A stretch of 64,000 nucleotides of DNA, taken from Nemertoderma westbladi (Eukaryota; Animalia; Xenacoelomorpha). Under the pieces are notes generated by a model. That model saw nothing but the letters and a program-made list of their open reading frames with translations. It made no database searches and was not told the origin of the DNA. The stretch's first letter is position 1. Each line of letters begins with the position of its first letter. A program made the position numbers and the translations under genes. Of the stretch, positions 1 through 12,732 are shown piece by piece. The stretch lies in the NCBI GenBank assembly GCA_032718475.1, contig JAUCBJ010005600.1:87755-151754 (forward strand), read 5' to 3'.

Positions 1-930
1 CATCAACAATAGTACCCGAAACAATGCCACCACATTCATCAACTGTACCCGAAACAACACCACCACCTTCAACATCAGCACCAGAATCAACATCACTACC
101 TTTTACATCAGCACCTTCAACAATAGTATCATCAACAATACCACTAACTTCAACAATAGTATCAGATACAACACCACCACCGTCAACAATAGTATCAGAT
201 ACAACACCACCACCTTCAACTATAGTATCAGATACAACACCACCACCGTCAACAATAGTATCAGATACAACACCTCCACCATCAACAATAGTATCAGATA
301 CAACACCACCACCATCAACAATAGTATCAGATTCAACACCACCACCTTCAACAATAGTATCAGATACAACCCCACCACCGTCAACAATAGTATCAGATAC
401 AACACCACCACCGTCAACAATAGTATCAGATACAACACCACCGCCGTCAACAATAGTATCAGATACAACACCACCACCTTCAACAATGGTATCAGCAACA
501 ACACCACCGCCTTCAACATCAGTACCAGAAACAACACTATCTCCTTCTTCAACACGAGCACTAGAAACAACACCACAACCATCAACAATTGTACCCGAAA
601 CAATGCCACCACCATCAACAATTGTACCCGAAACAATGCCACCACATTCAACAACTGTACCCGAAACAACACCACCACCTTCAACATCAGCACCAGAATC
701 AACATCACTACCTTCTACATCAGCATCAGAAACAACACTACCTCCTTCAACACCAGCACCAAAAACAACTCTACCTGCTTCAACACCAGCACCAAAAACA
801 ACTCTACCTGCTTCAACACCAGCACCAAAAACAACACTACCTCCTTCAACACCAGCACCAAAAACAACACTACCTCCTTCAACACCAGCACCAAAAACAA
901 CTCTACCTCCTTCAACACCAGTACCAGAAA
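1..930 (+). repeat. Coding minisatellite, 33-bp units (STIVSDTTPPP / STPAPKTTLPP)
   Basis: Repeated tcaacaatagtatcagatacaacaccaccaccg and tcaacaccagcaccaaaaacaac... units in frame. Confidence 0.9.
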
Positions 931-1756
931 CAACATCACAGAAAACAACAAACACAATATCATTTCATAATTCATCACCACCAGGGACGGTGACAAAATC
1001 CTGGTCAACATCAACAACATTAGCATCAATACCAACGACAACAACTGAAGCACATTCCATCATTGTAACATGTGAATTCGATTTGATTACAGTAGAAATA
1101 CTTGACAGTTTCTCCAAAGACATAGCGGGTTATGATTTCACCTTCAACAACAGCAAATGCATTGGCAACTATACAGATGGAAAACACAAACTCCAAACAG
1201 CTCTAAATGGGTGTGGATTCAAACGACAGGTCAACCTGAATGGGTCTTTGTCGTACACCAATATTGCTGTTGGCCTTCCTCCAGTGCATAATGGAATTAT
1301 ACGGCACAAACCTATATATATCACTGTTGAATGTATGTATGACCATCACGGTGAAGCAGAGAGTGAATATATTCCTCATGGAAACATTACCGATGTAAGG
1401 CATGTCCATGGTCAAATGGATGTGACGATTTCCATTTACTACGATACTCCTGATTTAGTACCAGCTATTATGTCGGAGTTGAATGAGAAACTTCTGCTGA
1501 TCGCAACTTTGAATTCTAATGAAGAAGACCTTCAGATATTTATAGAAAATTGCTATGGGAAACCCTCAAAACGAAATGATACCTCTTATAGTGAAGGCCA
1601 ATTTTATGATAATGAAAACAACGTGATTCATTATTTAGTACGTAATGGATGTGCTGTTGATGAGACTGTGGAATTTCGAGAAATCGCAAATCACAAACAA
1701 GAATCATTCGCATTTCGCTCCTTTATGTTCCCAAATGAGCCGTTTGTGGATATTAG
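1..1756 (+). CDS. Mucin-like (PTS-rich) ZP-domain protein, large exon, 5'-partial
   Basis: Frame is open from the window start. ~300 aa of Pro/Thr/Ser 11-aa repeats precede a Cys-patterned ZP-like module (VTCEFDLITV...SKC...LNGCGF...YTN...ITVECMY...IFIENCYGKP...YLVRNGCAVDETV...FAFRSFMF). Ends at AG|GTAAAT donor (1756/1757), phase 2. Confidence 0.85.
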
Positions 1757-2249
1757 GTAAATTATTAGAACCATTTTTTTTTATATAAGTTAACATAAGA
1801 TCTGGAATGTTTCGTATAATTACTATATACATCTTCACTTCAGCCCAAACTACAGTAGAATTATGTAATAATAGTATATAATGAATATAATAATATAATA
1901 TATAGTATAATATATATATATTTATATATTTAAGTAATATTGTTGCTATCAATAATCAAATAGTATCTGGCATCATTGAGGATTTTCCTAAAAGTTACCT
2001 TTACTTTATTATATGAAAAAAAAAATAAGATCTGCCTGTTAAATATTTCCCTCACGAAAAATAATTATTCTTTCTCTAAAAATAATTATTCTCCACTATT
2101 TATAATTGAATTTCCACTTCATTAAAATAATAATGTTTCAACTATTTTTAGTATTTCATTAACAATTATTTAAAATTTAATTACTCTCAATTAAATTTAT
2201 TCACTTCCACTAACTTTTTTTCACTAAAAATAATCACCTTCCCTTTCGT

Positions 2250-2775
2250 ATTAGGACCAAACACTACACGAAGTGGGGACTTCGCGCAGCACGAAGTTGG
2301 CAGAGCCTTAGCGAATTGACACTGTTAGGGGGTAGGTCAATTTATGCAAATAGTCACGTTGGCCCTCTAGCGGCAGACTGGAGAACTGCAGATGGATTCG
2401 CCTCCTTTGAAAGTCACAGCTAATGGTCTAATACATATCTGCCAAGTTTCAGCTTAAACGGATTAAAAGCAAAGAAATGGGAGGGCATTTAATGTTTAGA
2501 CATGTGGCCCTCTAGCGGGAGACCATTGCACTGATGGTGTCTGAAAGTCTCTCAAAAATCTCAACTTTAGCTCATATTGATACCTACAAATTTTCAACTT
2601 GGCAGCTTTAAATCCGACAAAGTTATTAGCATGTCAAAATCGTAACGACGACGACAACGACGACGACGACAACGACGACGACGACGACGACGACAACTAT
2701 TTGCATAAATTGACCCACCCCCTAACAGTGTCAATTCGCTAAGGCTCCGCCAACTTCGTGGCTCGCCCCACAGGT
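2250..2775. mobile_element. Intronic non-autonomous DNA element (MITE or Helentron/HINE-like) with 65-bp inverted repeat
   Basis: 2290-2354 is the reverse complement of 2696-2760 with 2 mismatches; internal (GAC)n microsatellite at ~2645-2695; small hairpin cgaagt-gggg-acttcg at ~2269-2284. Confidence 0.65.
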
Positions 2776-3384
2776 TTAAATGGTTACGCGCCGTTGTCCT
2801 TGGGTCATTCAGTCATTAGGTCCTGCGTCGTTCCGTAATCGCGCATTTGTATTATATTTTGTAGGAATTGTATCTTTAATTAGAACAGCTGATTTCTAGC
2901 AAAAATAAACATGTGGTATTGACTTTCGTTTATTGTTTAGGTTAGAATAACATGTACACTGAAACATGATCCTTTCCCGGAAATACCAGCACCTAACACT
3001 GCAGGATCTAACGACGTAGTAGGTCTACCCTTTAAACTACAGGCTGATGGAAATTCTTTCCATTTGTAACTGCACGTTAACTTCGTTTGTTTTTAATATT
3101 ATACCAATTTAATCATTGAAATATTGATTATATAACAAAACAAATTTTGAAATCCTCCACCACCATTCCGCAACTACTTTCACATGAATATTTACATATT
3201 ACATTAACCATATTAAACCCGTAAACCCGGGGGGAGGGGGGGGGGGGGTGGTGGTCAATATGTAAAATAATATATAAGAGGTATATACCTCTTTGCGCAT
3301 TGAAACATGACTTGTGTTACCGGTAGTAATTTTTTTAACTGTGTTTTTTTCTTATTTAAATTTTTTAATTATTTTGTTTCACAG

Positions 3385-3529
3385 GTGTGATGTGGTAGCT
3401 TGCGATTTTAGTGATCGCGATTCCAGATGCCAGGAGGGTTGCGTTCCAGAAAGCCGCATATCTAAGAGGGGGATACACAAAAGTTTCCATTTGATTTCCC
3501 GAGAGATATCTGGGCTACATATATATTGA
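3385..3529 (+). CDS. Last coding exon of the mucin-ZP gene (ZP-C end)
   Basis: Acceptor ttttgtttcacAG at 3383-3384; phase matches the upstream exon. Gives RCDVVACDFSDRDSRCQEGC...SRISKR then a short tail and stop, the typical ZP-C Cys cluster followed by a basic cleavage-like site. Confidence 0.85.
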
Positions 3530-3684
3530 AAATATGTGACAGCGAGTAATAAAATAATAATTATTGGTGATGGTAAAGATATTCTGAAATTATTATCTCT
3601 GGATGTATACTGTATTGGGTGTAAAGGTGAAGGGGAGGTGCATATGTTATAGAACACGGACTGACGTCATGTTAAGTCTCTCTG

Positions 3685-4080
3685 ACTTCGTGGCCTGCCC
3701 CACAGGATATGGGATTTTATGTATACCATTAAGTAGAGTAAGTCTTGCACACACACACACCCCCATGCCCCGGAATATAGTGTCGTAATTCAATGACACG
3801 AATCCAATACAATTCAATGCCCCCCACACAGTGTGCACCCCCCCCCCCCCCCCCCTTCCCCACTAATGGTTCAATATTTTTTCAAACGCTTGTAGCTGAA
3901 GAATCAAATCAAAAAAAATTACCACTCAGCCACTAAGTGGCCGTGAAGTGAAACAATCTCTGTTTCAAATTTCATGCAATCTCATTAATATTTGTAGAAA
4001 ATTGATTAGGTTGTAGATTACAAATTAGGGGGGAAATTAGGTTCGTATCATTGAATTACGACAATATTATATCCCGCGGC
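3685..4080. mobile_element. Related non-autonomous element with inverted repeat, running into the 32-bp satellite
   Basis: Motif acttcgtggcctgccccacagg (3685-3706) nearly equals 2753-2774; (CA)n tract; inverted repeat 3766-3802 vs 4042-4080. Confidence 0.55.
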
Positions 4081-7000
4081 TCGGTGTACAGAGAAGTCAT
4101 ATATTCCGAGGCTCGGTGTACAGAGAAGTCATATATTCCGAGGCTCGGTGTACAGAGAAGTCATATATTCCGAGGCTCGGTGTACAGAGAAGTCATATAT
4201 ATTCCCGAGGCACCACGGTGTACAGAGAAGTCATATATTCCGAGGCTCGGTGTACAGAGAAGTCATATATATTCCGAGGCTCGGTGTACAGAGAAGTCAT
4301 ATATTCCGAGGCTCGGTGTACAGAGAAGTCATATATATTCCGAGGCTCGGTGTACAGAGAAGTCATATATATTCCGAGGCTCGGTGTACAGAGAAGTCAT
4401 ATATTCCGAGGCTCGGTGTACAGAGAAGTCATATATATTCCGAGGCTCGGTGTACAGAGAAGTCATATATATTCCGAGGCGTGGTGTACAGAGAAGTCAT
4501 ATATTCCGAGGCTCGGTGTACAGAGAAGTCATATATTCCGAGGCTCGGTGTACAGAGAAGTCATATATATTCCGAGGCTCGGTGTACAGAGAAGTCATAT
4601 ATATTCCGAGGCTCGGTGTACAGAGAAGTCATATATTCCGAGGCTCAGTGTACAGAGAAGTCATATATTCCGAGGCTCGGTGTACAGAGAAGTCATATAT
4701 TCCGAGGCTCGGTGTACAGAGAAGTCATATATATTCCGAGGCTCGGTGTACAGAGAAGTCATATATGCCGAGGCTCGGTGTACAGAGAAGTCATATATTC
4801 CGAGGCGCGGTGTACAGAGAAGTCATATATTCCGAGGCGCGGTGTACAGAGAAGTCATATATATTCCGAGGCTCGGTGTACAGAGAAGTCATATATTCCG
4901 AGGCGCGGTGTACAGAGAAGTCATATATATTCCGAGGCTCGGTGTACAGAGAAGTCATATATTCCGAGGCTCGGTGTACAGAGAAGTCATATATATTCCG
5001 AGGCTCGGTGTACAGAGAAGTCATATATTCCGAGGCGCGGTGTACAGAGAAGTCATATATATTCCGAGGCACCACGGTGTACAGAGAAGTCATATATTCC
5101 GAGGCTCGGTGTACAGAGAAGTCATATATATTCCGAGGCACCACGGTGTACAGAGAAGTCATATATTCCGAGGCTCGGTGTACAGAGAAGTCATATATTC
5201 CGAGGCTCGGTGTACAGAGAAGTCATATATTCCGAGGCACCACGGTGTACAGAGAAGTCATATATTCCGAGGCGCGGTGTACAGAGAAGTCATATATATT
5301 CCGAGGCTCGGTGTACAGAGAAGTCATATATTCCAAGGCTCGGTGTACAGAGAAGTCATATATTCCGAGGCTCGGTGTACAGAGAAGTCATATATTCCGA
5401 GGCTCGGTGTACAGAGAAGTCATATATTCCGAGGCGCGGTGTACAGAGAAGTCATATATTCCGAGGCGCGGTGTACAGAGAAGTCATATATTCCGAGGCT
5501 CGGTGTACAGAGAAGTCATATATTCCGAGGCGCCACGGTGTACAGAGAAGTCATATATTCCGAGGCGCGGTGTACAGAGAAGTCATATATTCCGAGGCTC
5601 GGTGTACAGAGAAGTCATATATTCCGAGGCACCACGGTGTACAGAGAAGTCATATATTCCGAGGCTCGGTGTACAGAGAAGTCATATATTCCGAGGCGCG
5701 GTGTACAGAGAAGTCATATATATTCCGAGGCTCGGTGTACAGAGAAGTCATATATTCCGAGGCGCGGTGTACAGAGAAGTCATATATATTCCGAGGCACC
5801 ACGGTGTACAGAGAAGTCATATATTCCGAGGCTCGGTGTACAGAGAAGTCATATATTCCGAGGCTCGGTGTACAGAGAAGTCATATATTCCGAGGCACCA
5901 CGGTGTACAGAGAAGTCATATATTCCGAGGCTCGGTGTACAGAGAAGTCATATATTCCGAGGCGCGGTGTACAGAGAAGTCATATATTCCGAGGCACCAC
6001 GGTGTACAGAGAAGTCATATATTCCGAGGCTCGGTGTACAGAGAAGTCATATATTCCGAGGCGTGGTGTACAGAGAAGTCATATATTCCGAGGCTCGGTG
6101 TACAGAGAAGTCATATATTCCGAGGCGCGGTGTACAGAGAAGTCATATATTCCGAGGCTCGGTGTACAGAGAAGTCATATATTCCGAGGCACCACGGTGT
6201 ACAGAGAAGTCATATATTCCGAGGCGCGGTGTACAGAGAAGTCATATATATTCCGAGGCTCGGTGTACAGAGAAGTCATATATTCCAAGGCTCGGTGTAC
6301 AGAGAAGTCATATATTCCGAGGCTCGGTGTACAGAGAAGTCATATATTCCGAGGCTCGGTGTACAGAGAAGTCATATATTCCGAGGCGCGGTGTACAGAG
6401 AAGTCATATATTCCGAGGCGCGGTGTACAGAGAAGTCATATATTCCGAGGCTCGGTGTACAGAGAAGTCATATATTCCGAGGCGCCACGGTGTACAGAGA
6501 AGTCATATATTCCGAGGCGCGGTGTACAGAGAAGTCATATATTCCGAGGCTCGGTGTACAGAGAAGTCATATATTCCGAGGCACCACGGTGTACAGAGAA
6601 GTCATATATTCCGAGGCTCGGTGTACAGAGAAGTCATATATTCCGAGGCGCGGTGTACAGAGAAGTCATATATATTCCGAGGCTCGGTGTACAGAGAAGT
6701 CATATATTCCGAGGCGCGGTGTACAGAGAAGTCATATATATTCCGAGGCACCACGGTGTACAGAGAAGTCATATATTCCGAGGCTCGGTGTACAGAGAAG
6801 TCATATATTCCGAGGCTCGGTGTACAGAGAAGTCATATATTCCGAGGCACCACGGTGTACAGAGAAGTCATATATTCCGAGGCTCGGTGTACAGAGAAGT
6901 CATATATTCCGAGGCGCGGTGTACAGAGAAGTCATATATTCCGAGGCACCACGGTGTACAGAGAAGTCATATATTCCGAGGCTCGGTGTACAGAGAAGTC

Positions 7001-10000
7001 ATATATTCCGAGGCGTGGTGTACAGAGAAGTCATATATTCCGAGGCTCGGTGTACAGAGAAGTCATATATTCCGAGGCGCGGTGTACAGAGAAGTCATAT
7101 ATTCCGAGGCTCGGTGTACAGAGAAGTCATATATTCCGAGGCTCGGTGTACAGAGAAGTCATATATTCCGAGGCGCGGTGTACAGAGAAGTCATATATCC
7201 CGAGGCGCGGTGTACAGAGAAGTCATATATTCCGAGGCGCGGTGTACAGAGAAGTCATATATATTCCGAGGCACCACGGTGTACAGAGAAGTCATATATT
7301 CCGAGGCTCGGTGTACAGAGAAGTCATATATTCCGAGGCGCGGTGTACAGAGAAGTCATATATTCCGAGGCACCACGGTGTACAGAGAAGTCATATATTC
7401 CGAGGCTCGGTGTACAGAGAAGTCATATATTCCGAGGCGTGGTGTACAGAGAAGTCATATATTCCGAGGCTCGGTGTACAGAGAAGTCATATATTCCGAG
7501 GCGCGGTGTACAGAGAAGTCATATATCCCGAGGCGCGGTGTACAGAGAAGTCATATATTCCGAGGCTCGGTGTACAGAGAAGTCATATATTCCGAGGCGT
7601 GGTGTACAGAGAAGTCATATATTCCGAGGCACCACGGTGTACAGAGAAGTCATATATTCCGAGGCTCGGTGTACAGAGAAGTCATATATTCCGAGGCGCC
7701 ACGGTGTACAGAGAAGTCATATATTCCGAGGCTCGGTGTACAGAGAAGTCATATATTCCGAGGCTCGGTGTACAGAGAAGTCATATATTCCGAGGCGCGG
7801 TGTACAGAGAAGTCATATATTCCGAGGCGCCACGGTGTACAGAGAAGTCATATATTCCGAGGCTCGGTGTACAGAGAAGTCATATATTCCGAGGCTCGGT
7901 GTACAGAGAAGTCATATATTCCGAGGCTCGGTGTACAGAGAAGTCATATATTCCGAGGCGCGGTGTACAGAGAAGTCATATATTCCGAGGCGCCACGGTG
8001 TACAGAGAAGTCATATATTCCGAGGCTCGGTGTACAGAGAAGTCATATATTCCGAGGCTCGGTGTACAGAGAAGTCATATATTCCGAGGCTCGGTGTACA
8101 GAGAAGTCATATATTCCGAGGCGCCACGGTGTACAGAGAAGTCATATATTCCGAGGCTCGGTGTACAGAGAAGTCATATATTCCGAGGCGCGGTGTACAG
8201 AGAAGTCATATATTCCGAGGCGCCACGGTGTACAGAGAAGTCATATATTCCGAGGCGCCACGGTGTACAGAGAAGTCATATATTCCGAGGCGCGGTGTAC
8301 AGAGAAGTCATATATTCCGAGGCGCGGTGTACAGAGAAGTCATATATTCCGAGGCGCCACGGTGTACAGAGAAGTCATATATTCCGAGGCTCGGTGTACA
8401 GAGAAGTCATATATTCCGAGGCTCGGTGTACAGAGAAGTCATATATTCCGAGGCTCGGTGTACAGAGAAGTCATATATTCCGAGGCGCCACGGTGTACAG
8501 AGAAGTCATATATTCCGAGGCTCGGTGTACAGAGAAGTCATATATTCCGAGGCGCGGTGTACAGAGAAGTCATATATTCCGAGGCGTCACGGTGTACAGA
8601 GAAGTCATATATTCCGAGGCGCCACGGTGTACAGAGAAGTCATATATTCCGAGGCGCGGTGTACAGAGAAGTCATATATTCCGAGGCACCGCGGTGTACA
8701 GAGAAGTCATATATTCCGAGGCGCCACGGTGTACAGAGAAGTCATATATTCCGAGGCGCCACGGTGTACAGAGAAGTCATATATTCCGAGGCGCGGTGTA
8801 CAGAGAAGTCATATATTCCGAGGCACCGCGGTGTACAGAGAAGTCATATATTCCGAGGCACCACGGTGTACAGAGAAGTCATATATTCCGAGGCGCCACG
8901 GTGTACAGAGAAGTCATATATTCCGAGGCGCGGTGTACAGAGAAGTCATATATTCCGAGGCACCGCGGTGTACAGAGAAGTCATATATTCTGAGGCGCGG
9001 TGTACAGAGAAGTCATATATTCCGAGGCGCGGTGTACAGAGAAGTCATATATTCCGAGGCGCCATGGTGTACAGAGAAGTCATATATTCCGAGGCGCCAC
9101 GGTGTACAGAGAAGTCATATATTCCGAGGCGCCACGGTGTACAGAGAAGTCATATATTCCGAGGCGCCACGGTGTACAGAGAAGTCATATATTCCGAGGC
9201 GCGGTGTACAGAGAAGTCATATATTCCGAGGCACCGCGGTGTACAGAGAAGTCATATATTCCGAGGCACCACGGTGTACAGAGAAGTCATATATTCCGAG
9301 GCGCGGTGTACAGAGAAGTCATATATTCCGAGGCGCGGTGTACAGAGAAGTCATATATTCCGAGGCTCGGTGTACAGAGAAGTCATATATTCCGAGGCTC
9401 GGTGTACAGAGAAGTCATATATTCCGAGGCACCGCGGTGTACAGAGAAGTCATATATTCCGAGGCGCGGTGTACAGAGAAGTCATATATTCCGAGGCGCG
9501 GTGTACAGAGAAGTCATATATTCCGAGGCGCCACGGTGTACAGAGAAGTCATATATTCCGAGGCGCGGTGTACAGAGAAGTCATATATTCCGAGGCACCG
9601 CGGTGTACAGAGAAGTCATATATTCCGAGGCACCGCGGTGTACAGAGAAGTCATATATTCCGAGGCGCGGTGTACAGAGAAGTCATATATTCCGAGGCTC
9701 GGTGTACAGAGAAGTCATATATTCCGAGGCGCGGTGTACAGAGAAGTCATATATTCCGAGGCACCGCGGTGTACAGAGAAGTCATATATTCCGAGGCGCG
9801 GTGTACAGAGAAGTCATATATTCCGAGGCTCGGTGTACAGAGAAGTCATATATTCCGAGGCGCGGTGTACAGAGAAGTCATATATTCCGAGGCTCGGTGT
9901 ACAGAGAAGTCATATATTCCGAGGCTCGGTGTACAGAGAAGTCATATATTCCGAGGCGTCACGGTGTACAGAGAAGTCATATATTCCGAGGCGCCACGGT

Positions 10001-11400
10001 GTACAGAGAAGTCATATATTCCGAGGCGCGGTGTACAGAGAAGTCATATATTCCGAGGCGCGGTGTACAGAGAAGTCATATATTCCGAGGCACCGCGGTG
10101 TACAGAGAAGTCATATATTCCGAGGCACCACGGTGTACAGAGAAGTCATATATTCCGAGGCGCCACGGTGTACAGAGAAGTCATATATTCCGAGGCGCGG
10201 TGTACAGAGAAGTCATATATTCCGAGGCACCGCGGTGTACAGAGAAGTCATATATTCTGAGGCGCGGTGTACAGAGAAGTCATATATTCCGAGGCGCGGT
10301 GTACAGAGAAGTCATATATTCCGAGGCGCCATGGTGTACAGAGAAGTCATATATTCCGAGGCGCCACGGTGTACAGAGAAGTCATATATTCCGAGGCGCC
10401 ACGGTGTACAGAGAAGTCATATATTCCGAGGCGCCACGGTGTACAGAGAAGTCATATATTCCGAGGCGCGGTGTACAGAGAAGTCATATATTCCGAGGCA
10501 CCGCGGTGTACAGAGAAGTCATATATTCCGAGGCACCACGGTGTACAGAGAAGTCATATATTCCGAGGCGCGGTGTACAGAGAAGTCATATATTCCGAGG
10601 CGCGGTGTACAGAGAAGTCATATATTCCGAGGCGCCACGGTGTACAGAGAAGTCATATATTCCGAGGCGCGGTGTACAGAGAAGTCATATATTCCGAGGC
10701 ACCGCGGTGTACAGAGAAGTCATATATTCCGAGGCGCGGTGTACAGAGAAGTCATATATTCCGAGGCTCGGTGTACAGAGAAGTCATATATTCCGAGGCT
10801 CGGTGTACAGAGAAGTCATATATTCCGAGGCGCGGTGTACAGAGAAGTCATATATTCCGAGGCTCGGTGTACAGAGAAGTCATATATTCCGAGGCGCGGT
10901 GTACAGAGAAGTCATATATTCCGAGGCGCGGTGTACAGAGAAGTCATATATTCCGAGGCTCGGTGTACAGAGAAGTCATATATTCCGAGGCGCGGTGTAC
11001 AGAGAAGTCATATATTCCGAGGCTCGGTGTACAGAGAAGTCATATATTCCGAGGCGCGGTGTACAGAGAAGTCATATATTCCGAGGCGCCACGGTGTACA
11101 GAGAAGTCATATATTCCGAGGCTCGGTGTACAGAGAAGTCATATATTCCGAGGCTCGGTGTACAGAGAAGTCATATATTCCGAGGCGCGGTGTACAGAGA
11201 AGTCATATATTCCGAGGCGCGGTGTACAGAGAAGTCATATATTCCGAGGCTCGGTGTACAGAGAAGTCATATATTCCGAGGCGCGGTGTACAGAGAAGTC
11301 ATATATTCCGAGGCGCCACGGTGTACAGAGAAGTCATATATTCCGAGGCTCGGTGTACAGAGAAGTCATATATTCCGAGGCTCGGTGTACAGAGAAGTCA
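4068..11400. repeat. Tandem satellite, ~32-bp unit (34/35/37-bp variants), roughly 220 copies
   Basis: Consensus ggtgtacagagaagtcatatattccgaggc plus a variable 2- or 5-nt slot (tc, gc, gt, accac, gccac, accgc, gtcac); some copies have an extra AT. Confidence 0.98.
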
Positions 11401-12043
11401 CACGCAATATCATCAAAATTGGGAGAACGAGGTGAAATTTGCCTAACTAAAATATTTATCTTATCACATGTTACCATGGCTACCAATGAGGGATTTTCCC
11501 CACATTTGATACTTTAGTCCAATTCTTATAGTTTGTATGAAACTTTTTCCTGGCATATATTAGAATAAAATATAATATATAATAACCAGATTTTCCCTAC
11601 TCATCTGTGATATGTAACCGTTACCATCGACCATAACATTGTCAGATTATATTAACAGACATTGTTACTTTCAAGTTAATATTTCAAATAAATCACAAAA
11701 TCTAAAATCAGACAGGGCCAAAAATCTTCTCCAACATTATTTCTATTTGATTATTTCCGAATTTCCGGTTTTGTAACCACGGAATGAATGCTACGTATTG
11801 GTCACTGTTGCGTTTTAGGCCCTGTTCACACTAACATGACCCCCATTAATCAAGCTTCAATCCTAACTACATTGTTTAAGGCCAAGGCAGTCTGAATGGG
11901 GTCTAACAAACCTGTATAAATTAAATATATTTGCAGATATATATTATAAATAATTCGTGTTCGATAGAATTTCATTCATTCCTCATTTAACGTACAATCG
12001 ATAAAATATTCTTGTACATCAAAAATTCTCATTCATTTGTTTT

Positions 12044-12732
12044 ACTTCCCAACTAACTGCCAACTAACTTCCCAACTAACTGTCAACTAACATCCCAACT
12101 AACTGCCAACTATCTTCCCAACTAACTGCCAACTAACTTCCCAACTAACTGCCAACTAACTTCCCAACTAACTGCCAACTATCTTCCCAACTAACTGCCA
12201 ACTAACTTCCCAACTAACTGCCAACTAACTTCCCAACTAACTGCCAACTAACTGCCAACTAACTTCCCAACTAACTGCCAACTAACTGCCAACTAACTTC
12301 CAACTAACTTCCCAACTAACTGCAAACTAACTTCCCCACTAACTGCCAACTACTTCCCAACTAACTGCCAACTAACTTCCCAACTAACTGCCAACTAACT
12401 GCCAACTAACTTCCCAACTAACTGCCAACTAACTTCCCAACTAACTGCCAACTAACTACCAACTAACTTCCCAACTAACTGCCAACTAACTGCCAACTAA
12501 CTTCCCAACTAACTGCCAACTAACTTCCCAACTAACTGCCAACTAACTGCTAACTAACATCCCAACTAACTGCCAACTAACTTCCCAACTAACTGCCAAC
12601 TAACGGCTAACTAACTGCCAACTAACTTCCCAACTAACTGCCAACTAACTTCCCAACTAACTGCCAACTAACTTCCCAACTAACTGCCAACTAACAGCTA
12701 ACTAACTGCCAACTAACTCCCCAACTAACTGC
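12044..12732. repeat. 11/12-bp minisatellite (ccaactaactg / ccaactaacttc), left part
   Basis: Directly visible; the same repeat resumes at 15456 after the Gypsy insertion. Confidence 0.95.

Noticed and set aside
220-1053. Hydrophobic antisense and Gln/His-rich alternative-frame ORFs
   Set aside because: Shadows of the mucin repeat codons.
4068-11400. CRISPR-like appearance (constant ~30-nt repeat with variable interval)
   Set aside because: Intervals are only 2-5 nt and recur many times; no unique spacers, no cas genes, eukaryotic context.
4051-11517. Giant ORFs (up to 2432 aa) in all three plus frames
   Set aside because: They arise because the 32-bp unit has no plus-strand stop codon; unit lengths vary freely and all frames give the same peptides.
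12044-12732. Telomeric repeat
   Set aside because: Strand-biased, but the mixed 11/12-bp units match no canonical telomere motif I know and the array is interstitial.
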